From NCBI GenBank assembly GCA_039738415.1, contig JBCLLY010000001.1:53621-117620 (forward strand): 64,000 bases of DNA, written 5' to 3'. The stretch's first letter is position 1, and each line of letters starts with the position of its first letter. The notes beneath the pieces are model-generated. The model saw only the letters and a list, made by a program, of their open reading frames with translations. It made no database searches and was not told where the DNA came from. A program made the position numbers and the translations under genes. Positions 1 to 9,907 of this stretch are shown here, in pieces. The stretch comes from Candidatus Levyibacteriota bacterium (GTDB lineage: Bacteria; Patescibacteriota; Microgenomatia; Levybacterales; GWA1-39-11).

Positions 1-590
1 CTCTCTCAGAAAGAGTAAACAGCAATAGAAAATTGGTTTCAAAAAACCAAACCTATCCACTAGAAAAAGCTGTTACTCTACTAACTCAATTTAAGACCGG
101 TAAATTTGATGAAAGTGTTGAGCTCCACGTAAGTACACGCGAACAAGGCGTTTCAGGTGTACTAAATCTTCCCCACGGAAGCGGTAAAACTTTGAGAATA
201 AAAATAGCAGATGATGCAATTCTCGCATCAATTGAGGCTGGAAAAATTGACTTTGACGTACTGGTCGCAACTCCTGACATGATGCCAAAGCTAGCTAAAG
301 TTGCCCGAATCCTAGGACCACGCGGCCTTATGCCAAATCCTAAAAACGGAACAGTAACTCCAAAACCAGAGGATGCTGTAAAAAAACTTTCAGGAGGAGA
401 AATACGATTTAAAACTGAGCCAAAAGCACCTATAATTCATTTGATAATCGGAAAAATGTCCTTTGGAGAAAAGAAAATTCTTGAAAACGCAAAATCAGCG
501 ATTGATGCAATAGGTGAAAATAAAATAAAGTCCGCAACGCTCACCTCAACTATGTCTCCGGGAATAAAACTCCAAGTTTCATCTATTTAA
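1..590 (+). CDS. rplA: 50S ribosomal protein L1 (5'-partial; frame open to window edge)
   Basis: KFDESVE, LPHGSGK, FDVLVATPDMM, LGPRGLMPNPKNGTV and STMSPG motifs of L1. Confidence 0.97.
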   Translation, partial: LSERVNSNRKLVSKNQTYPLEKAVTLLTQFKTGKFDESVELHVSTREQGVSGVLNLPHGSGKTLRIKIADDAILASIEAGKIDFDVLVATPDMMPKLAKVARILGPRGLMPNPKNGTVTPKPEDAVKKLSGGEIRFKTEPKAPIIHLIIGKMSFGEKKILENAKSAIDAIGENKIKSATLTSTMSPGIKLQVSSI

Positions 591-597
591 AAATCTT

Positions 598-1062
598 ATG
601 GAAACTCTCGCACCATCTTCTATTGAAAATTCTGTTGTAGGAAGGCCTTTCTTTTTATCAGGGAGTGTTCCTTTTCCTGAAGCAGAGCTTTCGGATAGAG
701 GAAATGTTGCTCTTCGTGATGAGCTTGAGGCTGTCTGGCCACAGGCAGAAGAGGATTTCGTAACCTTTTATCAAAGTACCCATGGTAATCCTATCCAGGA
801 AGCACTTGCACAAAGAGTTGATTATGAAAGCGTAACGCTTGAAGAGATAGGCAGTCTGGTAGACGTAAGCAGTCCCAATGCCTTACGAAAGGTAAGAGCT
901 GCACTACAAGTTGGAGAGCTTATTTATAAAGCAGATGTAGGTCTATGGAATTTTACAAAAATCGAAACGGTACAACTAATGGTAGGTCTTATTGGGAAAA
1001 AGTACAGAAATATTTATGTTAGAAATCTCTGCAATTCTCAGGATCTCAACCCGAATTCTTGA
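598..1062 (+). CDS. hypothetical protein
   Basis: 154-aa ORF starting 7 bp after the rplA stop; no recognisable motif. Confidence 0.6.
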   Translation: METLAPSSIENSVVGRPFFLSGSVPFPEAELSDRGNVALRDELEAVWPQAEEDFVTFYQSTHGNPIQEALAQRVDYESVTLEEIGSLVDVSSPNALRKVRAALQVGELIYKADVGLWNFTKIETVQLMVGLIGKKYRNIYVRNLCNSQDLNPNS

Positions 1063-1092
1063 CCACTTTGAAAAAATTAGTATAATGCTTAT

Positions 1093-1464
1093 ATGAGACC
1101 TGAAGACTGGGACCATACCAAAAGAAACTATCTACAAGTTTTATATGATACAGAAAGCCAAGCAGAAATAGGCGAAGCAATGGGATTAAGTCCCGATAGG
1201 TCTACTCTAAAATCAAGTGAATCTCATCATCCTCAACATAAAGGACATAATTTACGACATTTAGGGCTTCTGCCAGAAGATATACTAGTTACTTCAATTG
1301 AAAATGGGGAACCAGAAATAAGAATTATTTCAGAAAGAGAAAATATAGCCACGCCAGAAGATATTGCAAAAAGAATGCATGAGCAAGATATTCGTATCGC
1401 AAAAATTCCATATGCAAAGCGAAGTCCAGTAGAGAGAAAATATCTAAAACACAGACAACAATAG
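1093..1464 (+). CDS. hypothetical protein
   Basis: 123-aa ORF; TATAAT at 1081-1086, 6 nt before ATG (leaderless-type start). Confidence 0.65.
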   Translation: MRPEDWDHTKRNYLQVLYDTESQAEIGEAMGLSPDRSTLKSSESHHPQHKGHNLRHLGLLPEDILVTSIENGEPEIRIISERENIATPEDIAKRMHEQDIRIAKIPYAKRSPVERKYLKHRQQ

Positions 1465-1500
1465 ATTACCCTGAAAGAATTATTTGATTAATTCGTCTAA

Positions 1501-2160
1501 ATGAAACCGCTTGTAGCAATTTTTGCTCATCCTGACGACGAGGCTTTTGGACCCTCAGGAACCATTGCAAAATTTTCAAAAACCCACGATATTTACCTTA
1601 TTTGTGCAACCGGAGGCGAGGTCGGAAAGAATAGCTTGCCTCAAACCGAAAAAGCACTTTCACAAGTCCGCAAACAAGAACTGCTAGCATCTTCAAAAAT
1701 TTTAGGTGTCAAAAAAGTTTACTTCTTGGGATTTGAAGACGGAATGCTGTCAAACAATTTGTACCACAAATTAGCCTCGAAAATTGAGAGAAAACTTAAA
1801 GAATTAAAACCCGAAATAGTGATAACCTTTGAACCCCGCGGGGTCTCGGGACATATTGACCACATCACTGTTTCTTTCGTAACAACTTTTGTAGTCAAAA
1901 AACTAAACTTTGTAAAAAAACTTTTGTACTATTGCATAACGGACACTGAAAGGACCAAATACAAAAGAGACTATTTTATTTATTTTCCCGACGGGTACAA
2001 ACATAATGAAATTGATTGGAAAAATGATATCTCCTCTGTATGGGATACGAAAGTTAAAGCAATGAAGGCTCATAAGTCACAAAAACACGATTGTGATGTA
2101 ATACTGAAAGTTCTTGAAAAATTGCCCAGGAAAGAGAATTTTTTATTGCTCAAACCGTAG
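1501..2160 (+). CDS. PIG-L/LmbE family deacetylase
   Basis: AHPDDE, ATGGE, GHIDH and AHKSQ motifs. Confidence 0.93.
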   Translation: MKPLVAIFAHPDDEAFGPSGTIAKFSKTHDIYLICATGGEVGKNSLPQTEKALSQVRKQELLASSKILGVKKVYFLGFEDGMLSNNLYHKLASKIERKLKELKPEIVITFEPRGVSGHIDHITVSFVTTFVVKKLNFVKKLLYYCITDTERTKYKRDYFIYFPDGYKHNEIDWKNDISSVWDTKVKAMKAHKSQKHDCDVILKVLEKLPRKENFLLLKP

Positions 2161-2196
2161 TTATTTCTTTAACGCTTCAATGCCGGGAAGCGTTCC
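2161..2196 (-). repeat. duplicate of the pgk 3' end (34/36 identical to 2671-2706)
   Basis: TTATTTCTTTAACGCTTCAATGCCGGGAAGCGTTCC vs TTATCTCTTTAATGCTTCAATGCCGGGAAGCGTTCC. Confidence 0.9.
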
Positions 2197-2278
2197 AGTC
2201 AGCAACATCTATCTTTTCACTTAACAACTCAATAAAAGCTATTGTAATAATCAAAGTTTAAATTTATAATTCATTTTT

Positions 2279-2668
2279 ATGACAGCGGAGAACCCTAATT
2301 TTTCATCACCAGAAGAGTTTTACCAATTTGGCACTGAACTTGGTTTAGAATTTACTGAACCAGCAATAGAATCCGCTGAAGTAGCTCTCGCTCCTGAACC
2401 AGCAAATTCTGGAACAAATACAGATAAAACTGTTACGGGCTGGAGTGCAATACAAAAAGAAAGAAGAGAAAGGCAACATAAAGTAAATAAAGAACCTCCT
2501 CCAAACAATAGCCATGCTCATCGTTGGAGAATTGAAGAGGCTAAAGGACCGACTTCAGAAGGGCATTGCACAAATTGTGGTACTATAGAGATCTTTAGAA
2601 ATTGGTATGAAAATGATTATTCAGGGCTTAAAAAAACAAATAAACCAATAGATTTGTACGATTTATAG
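2279..2668 (+). CDS. hypothetical protein with possible Zn-ribbon (HxH...CxxC)
   Basis: HAHRWRIE...GHCTNCG; TATAAT just upstream of ATG. Confidence 0.65.
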   Translation: MTAENPNFSSPEEFYQFGTELGLEFTEPAIESAEVALAPEPANSGTNTDKTVTGWSAIQKERRERQHKVNKEPPPNNSHAHRWRIEEAKGPTSEGHCTNCGTIEIFRNWYENDYSGLKKTNKPIDLYDL

Positions 2669-2670
2669 TC

Positions 2671-3867
2671 TTATCTCTTTAATGCTTCAATGCCGGGAAG
2701 CGTTCCGTTTTCGATATACTCAAGCATCGCACCTCCACCGGTTGAAATGTGGGTAATATTATCAAGATATTCCTTTTTTGAAATCGCCGCAATAGTATCT
2801 CCACCACCGACAACTGAAATCGCATCATTATTGCGAGCTATTGAATAATATAGAAAATCCGTTCCACGCTTAAACTGCTCGTTTTCAATATATCCTACCG
2901 GACCATTCCAGATAATAGTCCTTGCACCCATTATTATCCTCCCATACTGTGCCATAGTTTCAGGCCCTACATCGAGAATTACATCATCACTTTTTACATT
3001 TTCAACTTTTCTAATACCTCCACCATTCTCATTATTTTTTTTATCTCCCACAGCAACGTCCTCCGGTAAAACTATTTGAGTTCCGTGCCGTTTTGCCTCA
3101 TCTATAATCTTTCTTACTTCTTTTTCCATATTCTTCTCACAAAGACTCTTTCCCACAGGAAATCCTTTTGCCGCAAGAAAAGTATTTGCAATTCCCCCGC
3201 CAAGAATTAATACGTCTGTTATTTTTGTTAATTTATGAAGTAAATGAAATTTTGTAGAAACTTTCGCTCCACCGATGATAGCAACAATCGGGTGCTTAGG
3301 ATTTTTTAAAAGCCCTTCTATAACCTCTATCTCACGCTTCAAAAGAAGTCCTCCATATGAGGGCAAAAGCCCGGCCACACCCACAACTGAAGAACTTTTC
3401 CTGTGACAAACACCAAAAGCATCATTGACATAAATGTCGGAAATGTCTGCAAGTTGCCTAGTAAGTTCTTGTCCCGAGGCGCTCGTTGGATCTTCCTCGC
3501 CTTTATAAAATCTGATATTTTCCAAAAATAAAATCTCCCCGTTTTTCTGATTTTCAAGCTGTTTTTTTCCTTTCTCAGCCAGAAAATCCTCAACTAAAGT
3601 AATTTTTACACCCGGCAGATATTCGCGAAGTCTTTTTACCACAACCCCCAGAGTGTGTTTTTTATCACGCTTTTTCGGTCTATCCAAATGTGCTACCAGA
3701 ATAAGCTTATTGTGTTTGAATAGTTTTTCAATAGTAGGAACGCCCTGTCGTATACGTTCATCGTCAGCAATTTTAAATTTTGGAGTTAAGGTTACATTAA
3801 AATCCACACGCAAAAGAATTTTTTTATTCTTAATCTTCTCGTTATCTATAAATTTAATACTTTCCAT
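2671..3867 (-). CDS. pgk: phosphoglycerate kinase
   Basis: LRVDFNV, LENIRF, NDAFG, GGAKVSTK, WNGPVG, GGGDT, HISTGGGAMLEY. Confidence 0.98.
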   Translation of the reverse strand: MESIKFIDNEKIKNKKILLRVDFNVTLTPKFKIADDERIRQGVPTIEKLFKHNKLILVAHLDRPKKRDKKHTLGVVVKRLREYLPGVKITLVEDFLAEKGKKQLENQKNGEILFLENIRFYKGEEDPTSASGQELTRQLADISDIYVNDAFGVCHRKSSSVVGVAGLLPSYGGLLLKREIEVIEGLLKNPKHPIVAIIGGAKVSTKFHLLHKLTKITDVLILGGGIANTFLAAKGFPVGKSLCEKNMEKEVRKIIDEAKRHGTQIVLPEDVAVGDKKNNENGGGIRKVENVKSDDVILDVGPETMAQYGRIIMGARTIIWNGPVGYIENEQFKRGTDFLYYSIARNNDAISVVGGGDTIAAISKKEYLDNITHISTGGGAMLEYIENGTLPGIEALKR

Positions 3868-3870
3868 AAT

Positions 3871-4857
3871 CTATTTAAAAAACTTTAAATATCTGCCAAT
3901 TTCAAGTTTGCTACCCATGGCAATAGGACGTCTTTCCGAAATTTGACTAGGCTGATATTTTAATGGATTTACCCCTTTACTATCAACCGCTTTTCCTCCC
4001 GCCTGCTCAATTATATACGACATCGGATTTACTTCATACATTAGTCTCAATTTCCCATTTATATCTTTCGTATTTGCCGGGTACATAAATATTCCACCTG
4101 AAATCATAATCCTGTGAACGTCTGCGACCATGCAGGCAATATATCTGGTTTTATACTCATCCTTTTTTATATCTTTAAGATATTTTTTGTGCCCATTATC
4201 AAGTAAATCATACAAGCCTTCATTAATTGAATATATTTTTCCCTCGGTTGGAACTCTCATATCCGGATGGGAAAGAAGAAAACTTCCTATCGAGGGGTCA
4301 AGAGTAAAGCCATTGACTCCTTGTCCTGCAGTATACACAAACATAATACTGGACCCATATAAAGCGTATCCTGCGGCAAGTTGCTTGCTTCCCTTTTGCA
4401 ATAATTCCTTTTCGTCGTGAGTGTCTTTTGACCTAATATTAAGAGGAGGCGCTTTATAAATTGAAAAAATAGTACCCATCGGGGCGTTGGTTGCGATATT
4501 ACTCGAACCATCCAGAGGATCAAAAAAGACTACGTATTCACCTCTCAAATTATCAGAAAAAATCGGTTTTTCCAGCTCCTCAGAGCCTACTGCATAGACA
4601 AGGCCTGAATTGATAAGAGTATCTATTAAAAGCTTGTTTGCGTACTCGTCCAGCTTTTGCACTTTTTCACCATATGTATTTATACTGCCGGCAGCACCCA
4701 AAATATCAACCAGACCTGTTTTTTTAATATGAGAGCCGATTATTCTAACGCTGTTTTCCAAAATAGTGAGAAGAAGCGTAAATGAACCGGTTGCATCCTC
4801 AATTTTTTTTTCTTCATTGAGTATAAACTCCGTAAGTGTCGTTACCTTATGGTACAT
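3871..4857 (-). CDS. fbp: class 1 fructose-1,6-bisphosphatase
   Basis: KLD, SEE, FDPLDGSSNI, RYIACMVADVHR, KLRLMYEVNP. Confidence 0.96.
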   Translation of the reverse strand: MYHKVTTLTEFILNEEKKIEDATGSFTLLLTILENSVRIIGSHIKKTGLVDILGAAGSINTYGEKVQKLDEYANKLLIDTLINSGLVYAVGSEELEKPIFSDNLRGEYVVFFDPLDGSSNIATNAPMGTIFSIYKAPPLNIRSKDTHDEKELLQKGSKQLAAGYALYGSSIMFVYTAGQGVNGFTLDPSIGSFLLSHPDMRVPTEGKIYSINEGLYDLLDNGHKKYLKDIKKDEYKTRYIACMVADVHRIMISGGIFMYPANTKDINGKLRLMYEVNPMSYIIEQAGGKAVDSKGVNPLKYQPSQISERRPIAMGSKLEIGRYLKFFK

Positions 4858-4858
4858 A

Positions 4859-6199
4859 TTATGCGATATACTTGCGGACAGTATGAGCAGTGCCTGCTAT
4901 ATTAAAACTTTCAAACAGAAATGCCAACTTCCTTCCTAAAGCCTCTCTTATTTTCTCTCTATCATTTTCAGATAAACTCCAGCAATCTTTTTTGAATGGA
5001 CCAACTGATTTTTTACGCATTTTATAAACAAACTGAGTATCATTCCAACCATCTTCGCGCTCGTCTGTACAGTTTTCCATAGTCCACTGATGCATTTTTT
5101 CCCGTAGAGAGCTAGGCAAATTATCAATCATAATATTCATAAATTCTGTCGCGAGGTGAACTTCTACCGTATCGTTTTGTACAAATTGTGTGAACATTTT
5201 TTCAGGTAAGGTTGACGCACCATGTTGAACCGAACCCGCAATTTTATATTTTTCCCGAGCAACACGACTTATATCTTTTAGAACGTTAAAGTCTATCGGC
5301 ACTTCGATTACTTTTCCGTTTTCATCAGGAATTCCTCCATGTGAAGTACCCGTCTGGACGCTTACTTTTGTAATCCCCGAAGTATCTCTGCCGATTATGT
5401 CTAAGTACCCTTCCATAAATGCCTCGAAATCCTCAACTGAACTATTTTTACCTCCTATATGTCCAATTTCCCCACCTATTGCGACAGTTACTCCGGGAGG
5501 CTGAATACCTCTAATATATTTGGTCAACTCGGCAGTCATTTCAAAATTTACTTTTTGCTGCTGTAAAAGTTCTTCTTTTTCTAAATCAACCAGCGTCGAT
5601 GCATCTATATCGATATTATAAAATTTCGCCATTAAAGAATCTTTTATCAAAAGCTTTATACTGTCAATTTCTTCCTGCGGATTAGTTTTAAATTTATCTT
5701 CTTTAAATTGGAAATGGTCTCCTTGGATAAAAACAGGACCGTTAAATCCTGCTTTTATCGCACCTGCCAAAACTGAAGCTGAAAACTCGTCAGGGTTTTG
5801 GTCACAATATTTCATTTCAGACCGGGCAATTTCAAAAATAAATGCGCCCGCCTCTATTTTTTGAGCCTGCTCAAATATGACTCTTGAAAAATCGTAATTC
5901 ATCATTCTAATATTCATAGCTGGAACGCTAAAACCATTAACTTCCCCATCACCAATCGCTTTATATAAAGGGTATATTGAAGCGGAAGCAATACCAACCG
6001 CAGAGGCAATTTTACGTATAAAAATTTGTGCCTCATGTCTTAACGATGAGTCCTGAGAAAGCGCTGATGTGTAGGCAAGTCTATCAATTCCATCAGCGCG
6101 TAACTTTTGCTCATCACAAACTTTAACAGAATTGTCCTGCTGCAGTGTCAAAAAGGTTGATATAAAAGAAGAGAGCTCCTGACTGCTATTTAGTACCAT
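4859..6199 (-). CDS. class II fructose-bisphosphate aldolase family protein
   Basis: VPAMNIR, FIQGDH, IDIDAS, GEIGHIGG, GTSHGG, VQHGASTLP; upstream of fbp-pgk in one run. Confidence 0.85.
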   Translation of the reverse strand: MVLNSSQELSSFISTFLTLQQDNSVKVCDEQKLRADGIDRLAYTSALSQDSSLRHEAQIFIRKIASAVGIASASIYPLYKAIGDGEVNGFSVPAMNIRMMNYDFSRVIFEQAQKIEAGAFIFEIARSEMKYCDQNPDEFSASVLAGAIKAGFNGPVFIQGDHFQFKEDKFKTNPQEEIDSIKLLIKDSLMAKFYNIDIDASTLVDLEKEELLQQQKVNFEMTAELTKYIRGIQPPGVTVAIGGEIGHIGGKNSSVEDFEAFMEGYLDIIGRDTSGITKVSVQTGTSHGGIPDENGKVIEVPIDFNVLKDISRVAREKYKIAGSVQHGASTLPEKMFTQFVQNDTVEVHLATEFMNIMIDNLPSSLREKMHQWTMENCTDEREDGWNDTQFVYKMRKKSVGPFKKDCWSLSENDREKIREALGRKLAFLFESFNIAGTAHTVRKYIA

Positions 6200-6279
6200 T
6201 AAATCAACATTAATGTATTTTGGTAAGTTTTGTCAATTCTCTTTTTATGAGTTTTTCTGATATCATAGACTAAATTTGT

Positions 6280-6624
6280 ATGAAAAATAATATATTTGGA
6301 GGTGCAATTTGGACCGACCATGCGCTTTCGCGTATGAAAGAACGAGGAATTCCAGATGATTATGCAATTTCTACATTCAAAAATCCCGATACTTCAAAAC
6401 GCAATGAAGGTGGGCTAAAACTCTCAAAACAAATAGATGATAAAACGGTCATATTGGTTATAAAGAAGAATGAAGAGAGCGAATGGCTGGTAGTATCAGC
6501 TTGGATGGATCCACCCATGGAAGGGACAAAAGATTTTAAGAAAAAACAAAGATACAATGAGTACAGAAAAGGATCCTTGGGGAAGAAAATCTGGCTAACA
6601 ATTCTCAAGCAGTTAGGTTTATAG
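6280..6624 (+). CDS. DUF4258-like protein
   Basis: WTDHALSRMKERGI...VVSAW motif. Confidence 0.7.
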   Translation: MKNNIFGGAIWTDHALSRMKERGIPDDYAISTFKNPDTSKRNEGGLKLSKQIDDKTVILVIKKNEESEWLVVSAWMDPPMEGTKDFKKKQRYNEYRKGSLGKKIWLTILKQLGL

Positions 6625-6641
6625 AGGCTAGAAGCTAGAGG

Positions 6642-7367
6642 CTAGTAACTTACAAGTTTTACAATATCAGCGTCTTTTCTTAATTTCTCTATCCATGTTG
6701 TATATTGAGTTTGAAGTTTTTGCTGTTTTAACTGCTCTCTGAGCTGATTTCTTGTTTCCTCTTCGTTTTCAGCATTTGCCAAAAGGTCAGGATTTGCGCT
6801 AACAAATTCGTTAAATTCCTCGTCACTTACTTTCGTATTTTCGCTAAGCATTTTTTCAACTACAATCTGAATTCTTAGCTCTTGCGTAAATTCCTCTGAA
6901 GTTAATCCTTGAGCTTCTAATATCTGCTGGAAATTCTCTTCATTTCCACTACTTACCTGCTTAATAATTTCTTTTCTCTTAGTATCAACTTCTTCCTGTG
7001 TTGCGCTCAAGTTTTGCTTTCGTGCTTCCTGAAGAATTAATTTGCGGTCAACTAATCTAGTTATAACCTCTGCGCCGTGCTGTTTTTCTAATTCTCCAAT
7101 AATCGCAATCCTAGATACAGGCTCTCCATTTACAAGTGCTGCTATAAATAATCCTCTATTTATAAATAGAACAATTCCCAGTAATACCACACAAACTATT
7201 CCAATTAGAATATATCTTGTCTTTTTGGGAAGTACTTCTAATTTAAAAGGATTTAACCGAAACTTATCTCCTGCTTTAGAGAGGATTGGTACTAAAGACT
7301 TTGCTGCTGTTTTTATAACAGTGCTTGTTTTTTTTGCAGAACCTGTCGTTTTCTTTGCTGTAGCCAT
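6642..7367 (-). CDS. SurA N-terminal/PrsA-like foldase
   Basis: TM helix then AALVNGEPVS, LVDRKLILQEA, WIEKLRKDADI. Confidence 0.85.
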   Translation of the reverse strand: MATAKKTTGSAKKTSTVIKTAAKSLVPILSKAGDKFRLNPFKLEVLPKKTRYILIGIVCVVLLGIVLFINRGLFIAALVNGEPVSRIAIIGELEKQHGAEVITRLVDRKLILQEARKQNLSATQEEVDTKRKEIIKQVSSGNEENFQQILEAQGLTSEEFTQELRIQIVVEKMLSENTKVSDEEFNEFVSANPDLLANAENEEETRNQLREQLKQQKLQTQYTTWIEKLRKDADIVKLVSY

Positions 7368-7438
7368 GAGAACTAGTATAGATAAAATAAATCAAAAAAA
7401 CAATAGTGAATTATTACATTCAAACTTATACCTAGTAA

Positions 7439-8074
7439 CTATTCGCATTCGCTTACAATAGTATTTCCTAAAAACTTAATTTCATAAGTTGCTTTTTTAA
7501 TTGCGATTATTTGATAAGGATTTGTAAGCGCCTCAGTTACGATACAGCTATCACCAGGAATAGTCTCATTCACCATAAATTCTATTCTATCCTCAGTAAC
7601 TTCTATTTGCTTTAAGCCAACTGAATAACCCCCCGATGGCTTTTGCCCCATAATAACAGCAATAACCGTTTTCTCATTAAAATCAACGTCAGGGACAATT
7701 CCGCTTTCACCAAAAAGCACGTCCCATTCTTCCGGTGAATTTATAATGTAATTTCCTCGAGGAAACTGCAGGTTTATCTCGTTCGTCCCCTTTTTTATCT
7801 GTATTATCTCCAGGGGAGGAGTTTTGGTACTTTCAACAAAAGTCTTTTCTTTTACCTCGCACTGTCTGGGATAACTTTCCATAACAGCCCCTCCGACAGA
7901 AATACATTCTTCAAAGGAGGTTATCGAATTTCTTTTTATATTGTTAAACCCAAGATATAAAATGAATAGTGTAACTAAAAACACTCCAGATATGGCACCG
8001 TAACCTACGTGTCTTCTTCTTGAAACTTTTCTTGTAATTTTTTTTGGAGCTTTTGAAGCTCTCTTCTTGGGCAT
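7439..8074 (-). CDS. membrane-anchored PrcB C-terminal domain protein
   Basis: SFEEC..GG.VMESYPRQC and VDF..KTVIAVIMGQKPSGGYSV...EALTNPY; start taken at MPKKR. Confidence 0.75.
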   Translation of the reverse strand: MPKKRASKAPKKITRKVSRRRHVGYGAISGVFLVTLFILYLGFNNIKRNSITSFEECISVGGAVMESYPRQCEVKEKTFVESTKTPPLEIIQIKKGTNEINLQFPRGNYIINSPEEWDVLFGESGIVPDVDFNEKTVIAVIMGQKPSGGYSVGLKQIEVTEDRIEFMVNETIPGDSCIVTEALTNPYQIIAIKKATYEIKFLGNTIVSECE

Positions 8075-8233
8075 TAAGTAAAGTGTATCACAGGAAATGG
8101 TGGATGGTAAATAGCCAGCCACACATCGCTACGTTAGGACTTTAGCGGGCGGGTGAATTGTGAATAGGTTTCGAACTCAAACTAAAAGGGTTCAATATTG
8201 TATAATATACTTGTGAGCGAGGGAGATGTTGAT

Positions 8234-9049
8234 ATGGGAATAGAAGCTTCTGGGGAATTTGCGGGTTTTTCTAGAGAAGATCTTGAATTAAAGCCCCAAT
8301 ACCCGGTTATTGTTCCGGCCGGCTTAAGAGATAGTGAATTAATGAAGCAAAGACCAGATGGCCCCATAATATTTGTAGATTCGCGTGATCCAAATACAGC
8401 AACTGTAATTAATCAAGACACCTGGGGTCCAAAACTAAAAAGAGATGGAAGAGCCGAAACTATCGCAATATCAAGCATTGCACTAAGACGCTTTGCAGCT
8501 ATTATTCTGCACACCTCTCCCAGAACTCCTGAAGATTCGCACGATAAAACTATTGAAATTCTTTCTGGCCTATTAAAAAAACCCAACGATGCTATCGCAA
8601 ATCAACACCTTGGGGTTATTGCAGTTGTTGAAGACCAAGGTAGTGACACGAGAACCGGCTGGCGAGAAGATGGGCTAAGAAAACATGGTATCATTATAGA
8701 CAGAAGGGGTGGTAAACAAGCGGTTTTTCAAAGCGGAGACTACACCATAAGCATGGGAAGGGTTGCTAAAAAAACTATTCTCCCAGAGCATCTTAAAGCA
8801 GATCCGCAGTCAAAAGATGTTAAGGAAAAAAGAGAACCAGGCGATGTTATTGAACTACCTACTACTTGCGGAGATTGCGGGCAACACCTTAAAGAAAAAT
8901 ATTACGAAAAATCCGGCAGACACGCAGTGCTATTAATACGTCAGGTTGAATGCGATAATAAAGCACATAGACGGGGGCCGAATGTAATTAGTAATATTTT
9001 TATCAGGACCTTGAGACCATTGGATAAAAATCCGAATCCAAAACCTTAA
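8234..9049 (+). CDS. hypothetical protein with C-terminal CxxC
   Basis: long ORF (track 8198-9049); ATG 8234 follows GAGGGAG; CGDCG near the C-terminus. Confidence 0.65.
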   Translation: MGIEASGEFAGFSREDLELKPQYPVIVPAGLRDSELMKQRPDGPIIFVDSRDPNTATVINQDTWGPKLKRDGRAETIAISSIALRRFAAIILHTSPRTPEDSHDKTIEILSGLLKKPNDAIANQHLGVIAVVEDQGSDTRTGWREDGLRKHGIIIDRRGGKQAVFQSGDYTISMGRVAKKTILPEHLKADPQSKDVKEKREPGDVIELPTTCGDCGQHLKEKYYEKSGRHAVLLIRQVECDNKAHRRGPNVISNIFIRTLRPLDKNPNPKP

Positions 9050-9906
9050 TCATCCTCCACAGTCAAATCCAGATAAATCCTGCGGTTTGTTGCTATCTCT
9101 AGTTCTCGTCTGCTCATAGAACCTATTTCTTTAATCTTACTCCCACCTTCACCAATAATCATTTTCTTATATTTTTTAGGGGCCAGAATTCTTGCCTTTA
9201 TATAAGTTAAATCCTTTTTCTTTCTGTTTTTTATCTCATCGACTACAACTCGAATTACATATGGCAGTTCGCGTCTGAGCCTCAGAAATGCTTTTTCCCG
9301 GATAAGCTCCTCGATAAATAAATTAGAGCTTATATTTAAAGCTTTATTGGGCATTTTTTCCAGATCAAATAATTTTCCCCCCTCAGGTAGCTTTTCAAAA
9401 ATCCAATCGATTATTTGATTTATATTTTCACCTTTTAGGGCTGAAACATAAACGATATCCTCAAATTCGTCTTCCAAAAATTTATATTGCTCTGAATAAT
9501 TTTTTTCTCTCTTATCAGTCTTGTTAAATACCAAAAGTTTTGGGATAGCAATTTTTCTCAACACTCCCAGGACTCTATTTTCTTCAAGTCCGCGCGCGCG
9601 AGTTGGGTCTATTACATAAACAACAGCATTTACTTCATCAGTTAGTGCGTGTTCTGCCGTAAGATTTATTTCCTTAAGTTTCGGATCATTTGTTTTTGCA
9701 AAAATTCCCGGTGTGTCTAAAAATAAAATTTGTCCTCGCCCCGGCTTACTCTTTGTCGCAGGATCTTCATACGCTGCCTGAATTAAAAATTGCGTAGTCT
9801 GGGGCCTGGGAGAAGTTATTGCAACTTTTTGCCCGATAATTCTATTTACAAGAGTTGATTTGCCTGCATTTGGCCGTCCGATAAGAGCTACTGTTCCCGA
9901 TTTCAT
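9046..9906 (-). CDS. era: GTPase Era
   Basis: GRPNAGKST, PQTT, DTPG, NKTD, SAL, KH domain IIGEGGSKIKEIG. Confidence 0.97.
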   Translation of the reverse strand: MKSGTVALIGRPNAGKSTLVNRIIGQKVAITSPRPQTTQFLIQAAYEDPATKSKPGRGQILFLDTPGIFAKTNDPKLKEINLTAEHALTDEVNAVVYVIDPTRARGLEENRVLGVLRKIAIPKLLVFNKTDKREKNYSEQYKFLEDEFEDIVYVSALKGENINQIIDWIFEKLPEGGKLFDLEKMPNKALNISSNLFIEELIREKAFLRLRRELPYVIRVVVDEIKNRKKKDLTYIKARILAPKKYKKMIIGEGGSKIKEIGSMSRRELEIATNRRIYLDLTVEDD

Positions 9907-9907
9907 T

